DNA from: Eledone cirrhosa
Taxonomy: Eukaryota
Assembly: GCA_964016885.1 (NCBI GenBank)
Contig: OZ024746.1
Coordinates: 4,030,001 to 4,094,000, forward strand
Length of the DNA stretch: 64,000 nt
Direction of reading: 5' to 3'
Shown: positions 13,693 through 27,770 of the stretch, in pieces
Layout: every line of letters starts with the position of its first letter
Numbering within the stretch: position 1 is the stretch's first letter
The notes under the pieces: model-generated
The model's database searches: none
What the model saw: only the letters and a program-made list of their open reading frames with translations
Told to the model about the DNA's origin: nothing
Translations under genes and position numbers: made by a program

Positions 13693-14587
13693 TGAGGCCT
13701 TTTGAAAGAATAAAACATTTATAACATTTTTAGAATTAATATTAATATATTTTTGTCTATTTCTTATCTCTTACTATTTCAATTTAAACCATAAGATGAA
13801 CGGATTTTAAATACCAAAGAGTAAAAGAAAACCTAATGAAATAATCCACACTGACAGCCAGAATTAAAGAATTAGTGGATCATAAGGGACATTTCAGTAC
13901 TTTCTACATCCAAGCTTTAGTTCTAATGTGATTCTAGAATGTACATTAAATCCCCGCTCGACTTGAGCGACTATCACCTGGGGCTGGTTAATGAGAACCC
14001 ACAGAGATTTAGTACATCAGGGATTATGGTTTCCCGAAGGCGGCCTCATTTTCTTACAAGTAACTTAATGCGACCTTTTAACATGAAAAGGTTCCCCACC
14101 TCTGACTTAGACCCTGGTCAACGCCGATTAAACACTCATATTATCAAGGCTGTTACCCTCTTGCCGAGCATTTCTTTTTATTTTCAGATATTTATCCAAG
14201 ACTACATTATACAATGAGTTCTTTGTGGTAGGACAATATTTAAAAGAGATCCGGCTTCTATTTCTAGGAGATTGACCGACTGCATAGAGCAAAAGTGGGA
14301 AGTCGTTTGGCTTTAGTAGTTACTTGCAAATTTATAACATGATAGAGTGCATACGTACGGAGGAATAAAAATCAATGTTGCGAAAACTGAGGCTTTCACC
14401 CACTCGAGAAAACATGTGCAGTATTCTCGCCGTAAACTGAAGCAGTCATAAAAGTATGTCAGGGTTGTTTTCACGAGTGACGAGTAGCAGGAGCCGGATC
14501 ATTTGAAGCTGGTTGGTTCTGATAGGACCCTCTGGAAGGTGTGTTTGAGGACTCTGCTCTTAGGTTCCTCCCAGGAAGAAAGTGGGT

Positions 14588-14750
14588 GAAGAAGAAGAAG
14601 AAGAAGAAGAAGAAGAAGGAGAAGGAGGAGAAGAAGAAGAAAAAGGAGGAGAAGGAGAAGAAGGAGAATGAGGAGAAGAAGAAGAAGGAGGAGGAGGAGA
14701 AAAAAAATAATAATAAGAAGAAGGAGAAGGAGGAGGAGGAGGAGAAGAAG
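14588..14750. repeat. (GAA)n/(GGA)n microsatellite
   Basis: Directly visible. Confidence 0.95.
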
Positions 14751-14924
14751 ACCGCGAGTGAGGCGTTCTTGTTGTCCTCGCATATTGCGCAGTTACAGTA
14801 CATAGCGTTAGGTCTACCCTGGAAATACGCATCGAAACTCTTGTAGTGGATTTGAAACGAACACATATGTTGCTGTTGAGAAATGGCACAGCTACTCCAG
14901 AGTTTTTATTTTAAGTAGTGCAAG

Positions 14925-15324
14925 TACTCTCGGGTCTCGAATAATCGTCCCCAACCCCGCTTATTAATTTTTGAGATTTGTTCACCCTATTCCCCCGCTC
15001 TTACTCCACCCCCTCCGTTTATTAAATTTGTGAATCTATCTCGGGCAAAACTTCATTTTAAGTGGTAGCATTCCTGCGACAATTAATTTTCTTTATACAT
15101 TAAAAAGGATTATTCATGATGAAAAAAGATCATTATTAGAAATCCATATGTTATAAAATAAATAGGATGGGTTGGGGTCTGAATGTGTAAACTAAACGAC
15201 TAATTCTGGTTTTTAAAAAATCAACGTTGAAAACCTAGAAAAATTACCGATTTTCCAACACTCCCGCTTATTCCTGCTCCTCAGTAGATTCCACCCTCCC
15301 CCTATTATTTGGGACCCGAGAGTA
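14925..15324. mobile_element. ~400-bp MITE, Tc1/pogo(Tigger)-like
   Basis: TIRs tactctcgggtctcgaataat / attatttgggacccgagagta with TA ends; second copy at 51496-51867. Confidence 0.8.
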
Positions 15325-15778
15325 GTGATTTGAAGTTTATCCTAACTTAAAAGCTATCCATCCCCAGATGGGAAGGAGTCTGTTACTTTTGTTTTACCGG
15401 CCTGGGAGGATTTGGAGACTCAACTAAACCCTAAAAGCTAATGAAATAAAATGACAAAATAATATATATATTCTATGAGACATTTCTGTGCAGCGTGATG
15501 GTTTTATGCAAATACATGCTACTGTATTCAGAATGATCTGAGGTGGCTACATATAAATATTTATGCTTTAAGAAATGCATCTTTGCATGTCTTGTTAGCA
15601 GTAGAAATATATGTTGCATGTAACAGTATTTTTCTCTTTAAATTCTTTTGTTGCTTTCCAAGTCGTGTATTGTGCATTTTGGGATGTCCCCAAGTGTCTA
15701 AGACAGAGCATGCATGCATATATCTGCATATACATACACGCACACACACACACTATATATATATATATACATATACTG

Positions 15779-15838
<60 letters not shown>

Positions 15839-16549
15839 CACACACACATACATACACACACTATATATATACATATACATATATATATATACATATATGT
15901 ATATATATATATATATATTGTATACACACACACGAACACACACACACACACACACACACAAATATATATATATATATTGTATACACACACACGCACACAC
16001 ACACACGCACACACACACACGCACACACACACATATATATATATATGTGTGTGTACGCGTGTGCACGTTAGTGCGTAGGTATGTATTTGTACAAATATGT
16101 ATATACATATATTCGTTTGGATACACGCATTAAATTATATATGTATGCATGTTATATATATATATATGTATGAATATGTGTGTGTATGTGTGTGTATGTG
16201 TGTGTGTGTGTGTATGTGTGTATGTGTGTGTATGTGTGTGTATGTGTGTGTATGTGTGTGTATGTGTGTGTATGTGTGTGTGTATGTGTATGTGTGTATG
16301 TGTGTGTATGTGTGTGTATGTGTATGTGTGTATGTGTGTATGTGTGTGTATGTGTGTGTATGTGTATGTGTGTGCAGTTATTTTTGCGTCTTTACTTTGT
16401 TGTGTATTATTTATATATACAACTAACTGTATATCACTGAATGGTGTTTCTTTGTATTTATGCAACAGTGTGTTTGTAAGAACGAGTGTATAAATTTGTG
16501 TTTGTATGCATATATGCATATATACATACATACATATATACATACATTC

Positions 16550-16584
<35 letters not shown>

Positions 16585-16621
16585 TACATATATGTATTTA
16601 GATATATGTATATATATATAC

Positions 16622-16666
<45 letters not shown>

Positions 16667-16910
16667 TAGGGATGTGTGTGTGTGTGTGTCTGTGTCTGTG
16701 AGAGAGTATGTGTGTGTGTGTGTGTGTGTGTAACAGCAGGCACACTAAAACATATTTACATTTTGGAAATAGTTTTATATGATTAAGGACACATTTAATG
16801 TTCAGTAATTTCAACTATAAATTTATATATTAGCCTCTCTGCTTATTCCTGCATTTATCCAGCCATCAAGTCATCCATTCATCGACCAGTCCATTCCTTA
16901 TATAGCAATA

Positions 16911-16972
<62 letters not shown>

Positions 16973-17081
16973 CAGTCCAGTTACTACAACGACACGATTC
17001 GGGTATGTACGTTCCGTTGGTCACTGAGGACCAACTTGTTCAACCTGTGCCGATGTAAAGGAACCGGAAAAACAAGAGAGA

Positions 17082-17139
<58 letters not shown>

Positions 17140-18070
17140 AAGAGAGAGGGAGAGAGAGAGAGACTAGAAGTATCCGAGACTGTGTATATATGTATATAAA
17201 TTAACACATTTTAAACAATAAAGACCTGTAAACATACAAAGTATACGTATTTTACTGTAGATTCAAAAAGCCCATAAAATCCTTTAACCTCATTTCAGGT
17301 AATGTCAGGCTTTCATCAGAAGGTAATGTATACATATATATGTTTCACCTAAACACTCACATAGAAATAGCTCTTCAAGGGCATAAAGACACATCAGTTA
17401 TAATATTATCATGAAAAAGACGTACTAATTTGCATATTATGGTTGTTAATTAAAGAGCCGAGGTATATGATATATCATATCTGAGTGTAAAAGACATCCT
17501 TCGGTCATAAATGCCCAGGAGTTTTACACCTATAACCCATCCAAACCATTCTCTCCACCTTATCAGAGTCATGCAAGGGAAAGGCCGATACAAGTTGGCA
17601 TAAATGTCGTCGCAACTCATTTTTACGGCTGAGTGAACTGGGGCAACGTGACTAAAGAGTCTTTCTCAAGCCGCCCTTACTGGGAGTCGAACTCACAACC
17701 TCACAGAAGAGAAGTAACCGAAACTGCCTAAATATTTTTATGAAAACACATCGACACCATCCCCCAAATAATAATTTTTGAAATATTAAGTACGTAACTC
17801 TCTCTCTATATATATATATATAGTGTGCGTGTGTGAGTGTGTGTGTGATAGGTGTGTAAGTTTGCGTATATGTAATTATGTATAATATGCGGTGCTAATC
17901 GATACACATATGCAGCTGTTGTTTATTCAGTGAAAGGGATGTCGGACTTACGCTAATGTCCACGTCATGTGTTCTCATTGGACAGGTTTGTATTGAAGTA
18001 AAGTCTCTGGCGTTAACAGGGAACCCAGAAGATGGATAGCCGCATATAGACATATGTATATACACATCTA

Positions 18071-18138
<68 letters not shown>

Positions 18139-18734
18139 CATACAGACAGACACACACGTAATATTTATTTTCACACACACGCACATACACGCACAGAGAT
18201 ATGTACACAAATGTACATGCATAATATTTATACACACATACATACACACGCATATAGATATTAATATATACATATATATCAAATGTATATATATTTACTT
18301 GCACAGTCACTCACACACACACAATCAAACATATATGCAATATATATTTATATGTGTGTTTTTGCGTATGTATGTATGTATGTATATGTGTATGTATAAG
18401 TATATAGATCTATATATTCATATATGACACAACAGTGCAGATGAGTGCGCGTTCTTGGCGGGTGTAAGAGTGACAGATGAGTCAGCAGCTTGTGTGGTAT
18501 TGCTTCCATCGATGGTAAATGTTATAGATGAGGTGAAGTCTCCCCTGTGTGTGTTTGTAGCGAGGAAAGATGGGGGATGCGTGTCTTCTATTACGGGTAG
18601 CAATGTCACGGCCTCTAGCAAACCTCTTTTAATCTCTTCCGTCGGGTTAGGGTGTGGTTCGTCTGCCATCATATGCCATGCCAATACGTGGATCAAAGTT
18701 CCTTTACATCTATGTTCCATACACAATATATAAT

Positions 18735-18853
18735 AATTGTTTCTACTTTAGGCACAAGGCCAGCAATTACCCAGTGCATTACTGGTACTTTTATTTTATC
18801 GACCCCGTAAAGATGAAAGGCAAAGTTAACCTCGGTGGGATTTGAACTCAGAA
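18735..18853 (-). mobile_element. Nin/Deu-core SINE, 5'-truncated
   Basis: Family match from the tail to the B box. Confidence 0.85.
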
Positions 18854-19600
18854 TAATGAATATGAAAGATATACACAAACAAGCTCCTACACACATACAC
18901 AGAAACAGAGACACGCACATACACACACATATACATACACATATACATACACATATACATACACATGCACAACACACATACACACACACACACACCACAC
19001 ACACATACGCACATACCCACAAATACACACACACACGCACATGCACACATATACACACACATATACAAACACATACACAACACATATATACACACGCACA
19101 TACACACATACTCACATACACATACATACATACATACACCACGCCACACACCACACCACACACACCCCACACCACACACCACCACACACCACACCACACA
19201 CCACCACACACCACACCACACACACACACACACCACACATACACACACATACATACATACCCCCACCCCACACCACCACACACCACACCACACCACACAC
19301 CACACACACACCACACACCACACACACACCACACCACACACCACACATACACATACATACATACCCCACCCCACCCCCACACGTACACAAGTAACGTATT
19401 AAAGCTTCTTTACATTCTATACTCTGGAATCTCCAATTCTGTATTATTCCTGTCACACTGACTTTTGACAAACATGTCATTAATTTTCAACTGGCAACAG
19501 ACTTCTTTCAGGACATAAAAATGTCCAAATTTGCCCCGTGAATACATGTAAGTCTATTTCCCCTAATATATACTCCTAACATATATATATATATATATAT

Positions 19601-19790
19601 ATAGGAACAAGTAAGACCCCGACGGCTGAGTTCAAGCCGTTTCGACGGCTAATACAGAATTAGCCGTCGAAACGGCTTGAGCTCAGCCGTCGGGGTCTTA
19701 CTTGTTCCTATTACCCACTCTACTACCCTAAGTATTGAGTACTTTGGTGCGTTATGGTCCACCTGGTTCCTTACCACATTTCCTTCGTTA
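19601..19790 (+). mobile_element. Family A fold-back element with the 3' half of a hammerhead
   Basis: ~53-bp inverted arms around a 5-nt spacer; long arm GAAAC-ggcttgagctcagcc-GTC-ggggtc plus ~80-bp tail; (TA)n on both sides. Confidence 0.8.
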
Positions 19791-19813
19791 TATATATATA
19801 TATATATATATAT

Positions 19814-19990
19814 ACAATATTAAATAAATGGAAAACTATATTTATAAAACCATATTTATTTCATTATATATATTTCGGGGATATCATATTAACAATATGC
19901 TATGCCTTCATCAGACAAAATACAATATAAACAGTTTTATAGATAAATACACACTCACTGTTTGCTTGGTTTTCGCGCCTGTATCTTTTA
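19814..19990 (-). mobile_element. Family B element with a type I hammerhead motif
   Basis: Minus strand: tattttgt-CTGATGA-agg...ccc-GAAA-tatata-TA-atgaaata, then AATAAA. Confidence 0.65.
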
Positions 19991-20042
19991 TATATATGTA
20001 TATATATGTTAGGAGTATATATTAGGGGAAATAGACTTACAT

Positions 20043-20802
20043 GTATTCATGTTTCTTGGTCAGTGTCCAAGTCTCAGACCCGTACAGCAGCACAGACTCC
20101 ACTACAGCAACGAAAAGACGGATCTTCAGGTCTTTACGAAGGTCCGATTTCCACACCGATCTCAAGCTGTGGCACTCCGCCCAGGCTTTGCTCTTCCCCT
20201 CGATCACATCATCTTCCCAATCTTTGTGCCCAAATACAGGAAGTCCTCAACCAATTCTAGCGGCTTCCCACCTACATTAGTAATCTTCTCTGGATTCTTA
20301 ATATTCTCTACCAGATACTTCATCTTAATCTCATTCATTCTCAGCCCCACACTCATCGACACAGTCTCCACCTCCTGCATCAACTCCCCTGCCTCCTTTA
20401 CTGTTTTTGTCACCAGAACTATGTCGTCGGCAAATTCAGCATCCGATATCTATTTCGCCTTAACTCTCCTGCTCTGAGCTAGTGTTACAGTAAAGCCAGA
20501 GTCCTGGTGTTTCTCCAGCGCAAGACACATACAATAGTCCACTGCGATGATAAAAAGTCAGCTCGAAAGTAGCACAGAAGAGACTGAGGTTAGCTGGACA
20601 TGCTCACCAACATCCAGAATTGACGCTACACTCAGTGCTCCTGTGGGAGCCCTTGCATGGACACACTGGAAGAGGAAGACCGAGGTTGACATATGTTGAT
20701 ACCCCAAGGACAGACACTGGTCTCTTGGAGACGTAGGACCTGGCAGCGATGATGAGGGACAGAAACCGCTGGAGAGAAGTCGTCCATGGATCTCAGTAAT
20801 TT

Positions 20803-20808
<6 letters not shown>
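20043..20808. mobile_element. RTE-clade LINE fragment with inverted 5' portion
   Basis: Minus 20043-20557: FIIAVDY, EFADDIVL, DFLYLG, ESVLLYGSETWTLTKK; plus 20558-20808: RLRLAGHAHQHPEL...GRGRPRLTYVDT. Confidence 0.85.
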
Positions 20809-20879
<71 letters not shown>

Positions 20880-23852
20880 GATCCCGATTGATATCGGGAG
20901 TAACGACAGTAAATAAGGTACTCAATACATTAGTAGTGTGAAAACATAAACATTTCATATAGAAATAGCTTTTACAGAACTTATTTTAGTCGGTCTAACT
21001 TATACCCCTCCTCCCCACAAAATAAAGATTTTGGCTTAAGTTTTAATGTATTGTTTTACTTCTGTGAGTAGATAATTTATTAATATATCTTATCCTTTCA
21101 TTGAGATGTTCAAGTATTAGAGACAATTAACTTTATAAATTGATTAACCTCTGCTGTCCAGCTCTCCTGAGAGTTTCTTACCACTATAAATACAACTAGA
21201 TTACTTTCATACGATATAGTAATGCCATCTGTGTTTGTTTAACGAGTTTCTGTGTTTTGTCAACAAGTCAGACTTGAACTATCTTATGATCAAAGTTATT
21301 CTGATCATGTAGATCCCGTATATTGCTGGTGTTTCAGACAAAATGGCGTTATCTAATGTCTCTCTTGTCCTTTTAAGGCATGTGGGAGGAATTATGGAAG
21401 ATTTGCTGACTATTTCTAAGCATATCGAGTGACTACTTAGAGACTTCCCAGTTGATTCGTCTTCGAAGGGTAGAATCAGAATGTTTCTAGTAATCCTGCA
21501 TAATCTGGAGAATGTCGTTATGTGAATAGAATGAAGCGAGAGTGTAATGGAATATCAAAGTAGATATACGGCTGACAAATCAACTGGAGTAAAGAACAGA
21601 AAAAGATGGAAGATGCACAGAAACTCTTTTAGGGAAGTTTTGGGTCAAAGATTTTCAATTAGTTCAATGTATCAATAATTAAGTATACCTACAGATGTTT
21701 CTTTCTACTGCCCATTTCAAAACTTCAAAGCATGGCATAGTGACATTAAAAGACTTCTTGATCTTTGCTGGAGTGTCAAGTTTATTAGTAGTTTTTCAAG
21801 CATTGTAGCATTGATCTCCAGTTGCTGAATTCTCAGACTATATCTATTATCTCACATCTTGAATAAAGCAACTGACGAATATAATGAAAATATCTCATAA
21901 CTTTTTGATGGCTCATTCGATCACCATGAAACACATCGCCGTCGAATAAGTTGTCAAGAGTAAACATTCCTTGTCGATTATATCCCTATATTATCCTAAT
22001 AATCGAAGTTACGATACTTTGCTGAAGTAAAATGGTACCTTTGGGAATTGAAATTGAATTTATAGGGATCTGGTTTCGCTTGGCACAAAGGCTATATATT
22101 TTAGTGAGATGAGAAGCTCTAGCCTTCATAACTTTATAAAACAACATTAATGTTTGAAAAGAAAGATACTTGAAGCAGGTATCGAAGCTATGCTCTGGAT
22201 TAGACTCACCATATTACTTCTACAGAAGACCTTTAGCGATACTATTGTCACCCATCCGTAGCAGGATGTGAAACACTAACGAAACATGTGGACTTGTAAT
22301 CAGCATTTTGGAAGAATTAAACGACTTGTGGTTTTCTGTCAACGAATGCACGGGTATCCTTCGTGGATGGAAAGAAGTTTATATTATGGTATATGCCCTG
22401 ATCAGTTTAATGGGCGGTAAAATACAGTCAGGTATTAAAACCCCAAATAAATCCAATATCACGAGGCGTACTGGGAAGGTTGGTGAATTCTGGTTTGAAG
22501 CAAAATATTCCTAAATAATCTCCTCCCTATAATAGCTCTGTCATCTCAGACAGTATAGAATGAAGTATATTGCTCATAAATACAACAAAACAATGGCAAC
22601 AAGCTTCAACAGTAAAGCTACAAGCATGTCGTCCAATACCTTATTCTGTCAGCTATCTTGTCTCTATTATTATGTAAGGTTCTGTAGTATTTGAGGGAAC
22701 TTAATTACAATGGTTTTACCAGTAACAAACAGAAAAATAAATAGAAATATTTGTTGATAAAAGTATCAATAGAACTACTACGACACAAGTTATTTGATTG
22801 CTGATGAAATGTATGTCTCTCCCTCCCCCTCTCTCTCTCTATCTCTCTCTGTTTTTCTGTCCTTTTCTCCAATCTATTTTTCAAATCTCTATGAATACAT
22901 GATTTGATAAAGCAATCTACTTCATCACGACAACCAGTGATATAAATCCACTTTAGTTTCATTTAAAATATGCCAGCATAGTGATAACCGCTTTTTTCAA
23001 CATAGAAGGGAACAAAAACACATTAAATGGATTTAGGGTTAAAATCAAACCTAGGAAACCACCCCTATTTTCAGCTCGGACATCCTTTTTAGAGAAGATT
23101 GAAGAGTTTTTAATTAATAAATAAACAATATACCAAGCGAACGTACGAAAGTTCGTATGTTATCAACGGTTATATTCTGAGCGAATGGTCATGGTACTTA
23201 ACTCTTACTATAGAGCGAAGACACCGTACTTCATAATTCATGACATTTTTCTTTTGACTTATGCTCAAATTCTACGTTGAATATGCCTTAAATAGGAAAC
23301 AGAGCCTATCAATCATTGATAGATGCATCTCATTAGAAAGATAAAGCAACTGACTCTGTTTAATACATAACCATTGATTGATTATTAGAAAGCCAATATC
23401 GATAAGAACAGTTCGGTTTTATATTTTAATTGCACTTTTGCTACTAATAAAACAGTTGAGTTTGAAAATTTTGAAATTTAAATGTATTTTATGGTAAATG
23501 TTAAACTACCGAATTTAGATGCAAGACTATAAAATAGTTACGGTTGTTGTTTAGCGTCATATCAACTCTGACCAAGGAAAACTGTGATGAAAGACATTCA
23601 AGTTGCAACCAAGTCCTTTAGAGATATATAGAAATACAGGAGCTAATTTATGCTTCCTTGTTAAAGATGGAGGAGTATGATGCCAGGGATATTTGACTGC
23701 TATTTCCTGCAGTTTGAGTGACTGCATGGCAGATCTCTTTGAAGTTCCGTTAGAATGTGGTTAGGTAACTAAACGTATGTCTATAAGCTGTTTACATGTA
23801 CTCATAGGTAACTAATATACACCTAAACATACATACATAGTTGTTATTATTA

Positions 23853-24020
23853 TTGGCTGTATCGGTAGAGGGTTGGACGCCATGCTTTCTAGCATAGTTA
23901 TGTCCCTTTACGGTCTGAGTTCAAATCCCGCCAAGGTTAACTTTGCCTTTCATCCTTACAGGGTCGATAAAATAAAGTACCAGTAATGCACTGGTGTCGA
24001 TAAAATAAAGTACCAGTAAC
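23853..24020 (+). mobile_element. Nin/Deu-core SINE with internal duplication
   Basis: A/B boxes; gtcgataaaataaagtaccagtaa occurs twice. Confidence 0.8.
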
Positions 24021-24037
24021 AAAGATGAAACATCCGA

Positions 24038-24670
24038 CCACCACCAACACCACCACCACCTCCACTACTACCACCACCACCACCGATACCACCACCAACA
24101 CCACCACCACCACCATCACCACAACTACCACCACCACCATCACCACCATCACCACCACTACCACCACCACTACCACCACCACTACTACCACCACCACCAC
24201 CACCGATACCACCACCAACACCACCATCACCACCATCACCACCATAACCACCACCATCACCACCACTACCACCACCACTACTCCACCACCACCACCGATA
24301 CCACCACCACCGATACCACCACCACCACCACCACTACCACCACCACCACCACTACCACCACCATCACCACTGATACCACCACCATCACCATCACCACTAC
24401 CACCACCACTACTACCACCACCACCACCGATACCACCACCAACACCACCACCACCACCATCACCACCATAACCACCACCATCACCACCACTACCACCACC
24501 ACTACTCCACCACCACCACCGATACCACCACCACCACCACCACTACCACTACCACTACTACTACCACCACCACCACCACTACCACCACCACCACCACTAC
24601 TACCACCACCACTACCACTACCACTACTACTACCACCACCATAACCACTGATACCACCACCAACACCACC
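24038..24670. repeat. (CCA)n/(CTA)n trinucleotide tract
   Basis: Directly visible. Confidence 0.95.
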
Positions 24671-25399
24671 AGACATTTACGTAATCGAAAAATGAAAAAT
24701 CCTGGTGGAATCGGAGATTTCCGAGCGTCCATAAAAAAGAGAATTTCTATACACTTTCCCGTAGAGGCCTTCACAATTAGCTGCAATGACAGATCAGACC
24801 TTCTCCAACCAGGAAGAGGGTAAGTGGTTCTTCTCAATTCCACTCCTCTTTAATAACATGGCTTTACTCGAATAGAATAGAATTGATAAGGTTTGGTAAA
24901 AGAAGTAGCGATGAAGAAAACTAGACCCGAGAGAAAACTTGTTAGAAAGCTTGAAGAGGCCTTTATGAAAGGCGTCGCAACCGGGGTGCTTGCGGCATGG
25001 CTCAGCAGGATGGTAGTTTTTTTTCCGTTTTGAGAGGTGTTAAGCAACTAAGAACACAAATCTCTCCTCCCACTATCTGAACAGGACACCTATCCATCGT
25101 AAAGTTAACCAATGGCTACTGCTGATACTAATTTCCCTCAAGATAACAACGCACCAGTCAGTCTAAGAATTGAAACGTGCATCACATCGAACGATTTTCA
25201 TTCAAATTAGATGAACAATTGAGGAAAATAAATTCTATTGTGCTGTTATTCCATTTGCATTTCCGTTTCAGGGGCAAGTTCCTTTCAAAGTATCTTCCTA
25301 TAGTTAAAAGTAACACTGAAATGTAATTTCGTTAGTGAAATATAGGCAGTATTTATCTGAAAATAATCGTACTTAAGACTATTCAATAGAATTCGTAAT

Positions 25400-25482
25400 A
25401 TAATCGGCTTGTCTCCCCACAGCCCCGACGGACAGAATGGAGAAGGCGTTTCCCAGGAGGACGGTAAGGGAGACGCGTTGAA
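25400..25482 (-). mobile_element. CRE-like retrotransposon 3' fragment
   Basis: Homologous to 62120-62200 and 49255-49330; encodes a QRVSLTVLLGNAFSIL-like segment. Confidence 0.6.
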
Positions 25483-26277
25483 CACTAAAATCTTGAGTCC
25501 GACGCCCTAACAACTAAACCGCTAGGAAAGGAAATTTTAGTTGGGCACATTAGTGTTTCTTCCCCCTATTGCCACAAATAACATTTCTGTAAGCAAGAAA
25601 CAATAGCAATATTGAAAGAAGTGTTGTAGTGAAAGAGTTCAAGAGCGTAACGTATAGTAGCAGTCAGTGTAGCATTATTTTTAATTAATAACAACGATAA
25701 TTGATAAATGATTTGATATAAAAATATATAGATATCGTATTTAGCAGATTAGACGTCAAACAACTTCATATAACAATGCACAAATTATAACTGGCCGTCT
25801 ATTTATTTTATATTTTAATTAAATATCTCTGGGGAAAAATCTCCTTGCATCTGAAACAAAGAAAAAAGAGATGAAAATTTATTAAAAACAAATGTTTCTG
25901 ATCAAATGCAGAGAAATAAAAGGAAAATTCATCTTGAAGCTGTTAGATTAAAAGTGAGAAGTAAGTTAAACTAAATACTCCTTATTTTAATAATTCATAT
26001 CAACTGGCCTATATAAAACTAATTTCAGGAAATAAAAATCAGTATTTTAGATGTTAAAAATGTATATTACACACACACATGCGCACAAAAATAAACATAA
26101 GCTCACAAACATATATATACACACACATACGCTCACGCACACATACATATATACATATACACACACACATATATATATTAATTCTATATGTAAATGACTT
26201 CTACAGGACAAGAACTGTTTCTCATGATTTCATATGAACGTTTTAGTCCTGTAGAAATCCTTTCTCTATAAAATAAT

Positions 26278-26465
26278 AATTGTTTCTACTTTTGGCACAA
26301 GGCCAACAATTATCCCAGTGTATTACTGGTACTTTATTTTATCGACCCCGTAAGGATGAAAGGCAAAGTTAACCTCGGCGGGATTTGAACTCAGACCATA
26401 AAGGGCCGTAACTCTATGCTGCAAAGCATGGCGTCCGACCCTCTACCGATACTGCCAATCCACCA
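26278..26465 (-). mobile_element. Nin/Deu-core SINE, near full length
   Basis: Family match. Confidence 0.9.
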
Positions 26466-26556
26466 ATGTCCATACTCCACCAACGTATTGAGTATCTAGT
26501 TCAACAGTTGTCATTGCACCACTTACAGATGACCATCTCCAGTCGAAGCTTTATTT

Positions 26557-26850
26557 GCGCTATATACATCTCCAGTCTATATTTCATATCTCCCCCCCCC
26601 CCCCCGCTATATACATCTCCAGTCTATATTTCATACCCCCCCCCGCTATATACATCTCCAGTCTATATTTCATATCTCCCCCCCCCGTTATATACATCTC
26701 CAGTCTATATTTCATATCTCCCCCCCCCGCTATATACATCTCCAGTCTATATTTCATATCCCCCCCCCGTTATATACATCTCCAGTCTCTATTTCATATC
26801 CACCCCCCCCGCTATATACATCTCCAGTCTATATTTCATACCCCGCCCCC
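26557..26850. repeat. ~40-bp minisatellite x7 with variable poly-C
   Basis: cgctatatacatctccagtctatatttcatatc(c)n. Confidence 0.95.
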
Positions 26851-27579
26851 AACTAAAAGCTTTCTCTTGTTTCAGTAAGTAGTAAATGTCCCTGAGAACG
26901 GGTAACAACCCAGAAAGATGAGGGTGACATTGGCTGTGACAGGGTCTTAGATTGACACAGCCACAGGAGGCTCCTGTGTGTTTATTGACCTTATATATAT
27001 ATATATATGTCGTCTATATATATATATGTGTGGAGAGAGAGGGGGAGAGAGGTAGAGAGAGAGGGGAGAGAGGTAGTGATAGAGAGATAGATAGAGAGAG
27101 AGGGGGAGTGATAAATATATATATATATAGAGAGAGAGGGGGAGAGAGATAGAGAGAGAGGGGAGAGAGATAGTGATAGAGAGATAGAAATAGATAGAGA
27201 GAGAGATAGTGAGAGAGAGATAGAGATAGATAAAGAGAGAGAGAGGGGGAGAGAGATAGTGAGAGAGAGAAATATAGAGAGATAGAGAGAGATAGTGAGA
27301 TATATATATATATATATAGAGAGAGAGGGGGAGAGAGATAGATAGATAGAGAGAGCAAGATTTAAGTGTAGATTGTCAAGGTTTCAACAGAGTCAGGTTG
27401 CCAGGAGTCGACTTCCAGAATCAGACCGACGCTCTACCGGTTCAAACATACATGCTAATCTATCTAAACCAAATTAATAATTGCTAGTAATTAATGATCA
27501 ACATTACAGGGTAACTACAAATCGTAGTTCTGCTTCCTTCTCTTAGGAATATTCAAGAGTAAAACATGTTACTCTAATT

Positions 27580-27770
27580 AATTGTTTCTACTTTTGGCAC
27601 AAGGCCAGCAATTCACCAGTGCATTACTGGTACTTTATTTTATCGACCCCGTAAGGATGAAAGGCAAAGTTAACCTCGGCGGGATTTGAACTCAGGATGG
27701 CAAGGGCCGTAACTCTATGCGTCAAAGCATGGCGTCCGACTCTCTACCGATACTGCCAATCCACCACCCT
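27580..27770 (-). mobile_element. Full-length Nin/Deu-core SINE with target-site duplication
   Basis: Flanked by the direct repeat atgttactctaattaat (27566 and 27776). Confidence 0.9.

Noticed and set aside
17240-17325. Hammerhead (minus CTGATGA-aagcc...ggctt)
   Set aside because: GAAA core and stems I/III not recoverable
24025-24676. Thr/Pro-rich mucin- or extensin-like ORF
   Set aside because: (CCA)n microsatellite; no supporting gene structure
24670-24826. Possible exon ending in a G|GTAAGT donor
   Set aside because: Open frame but no recognisable protein motif and no polypyrimidine acceptor
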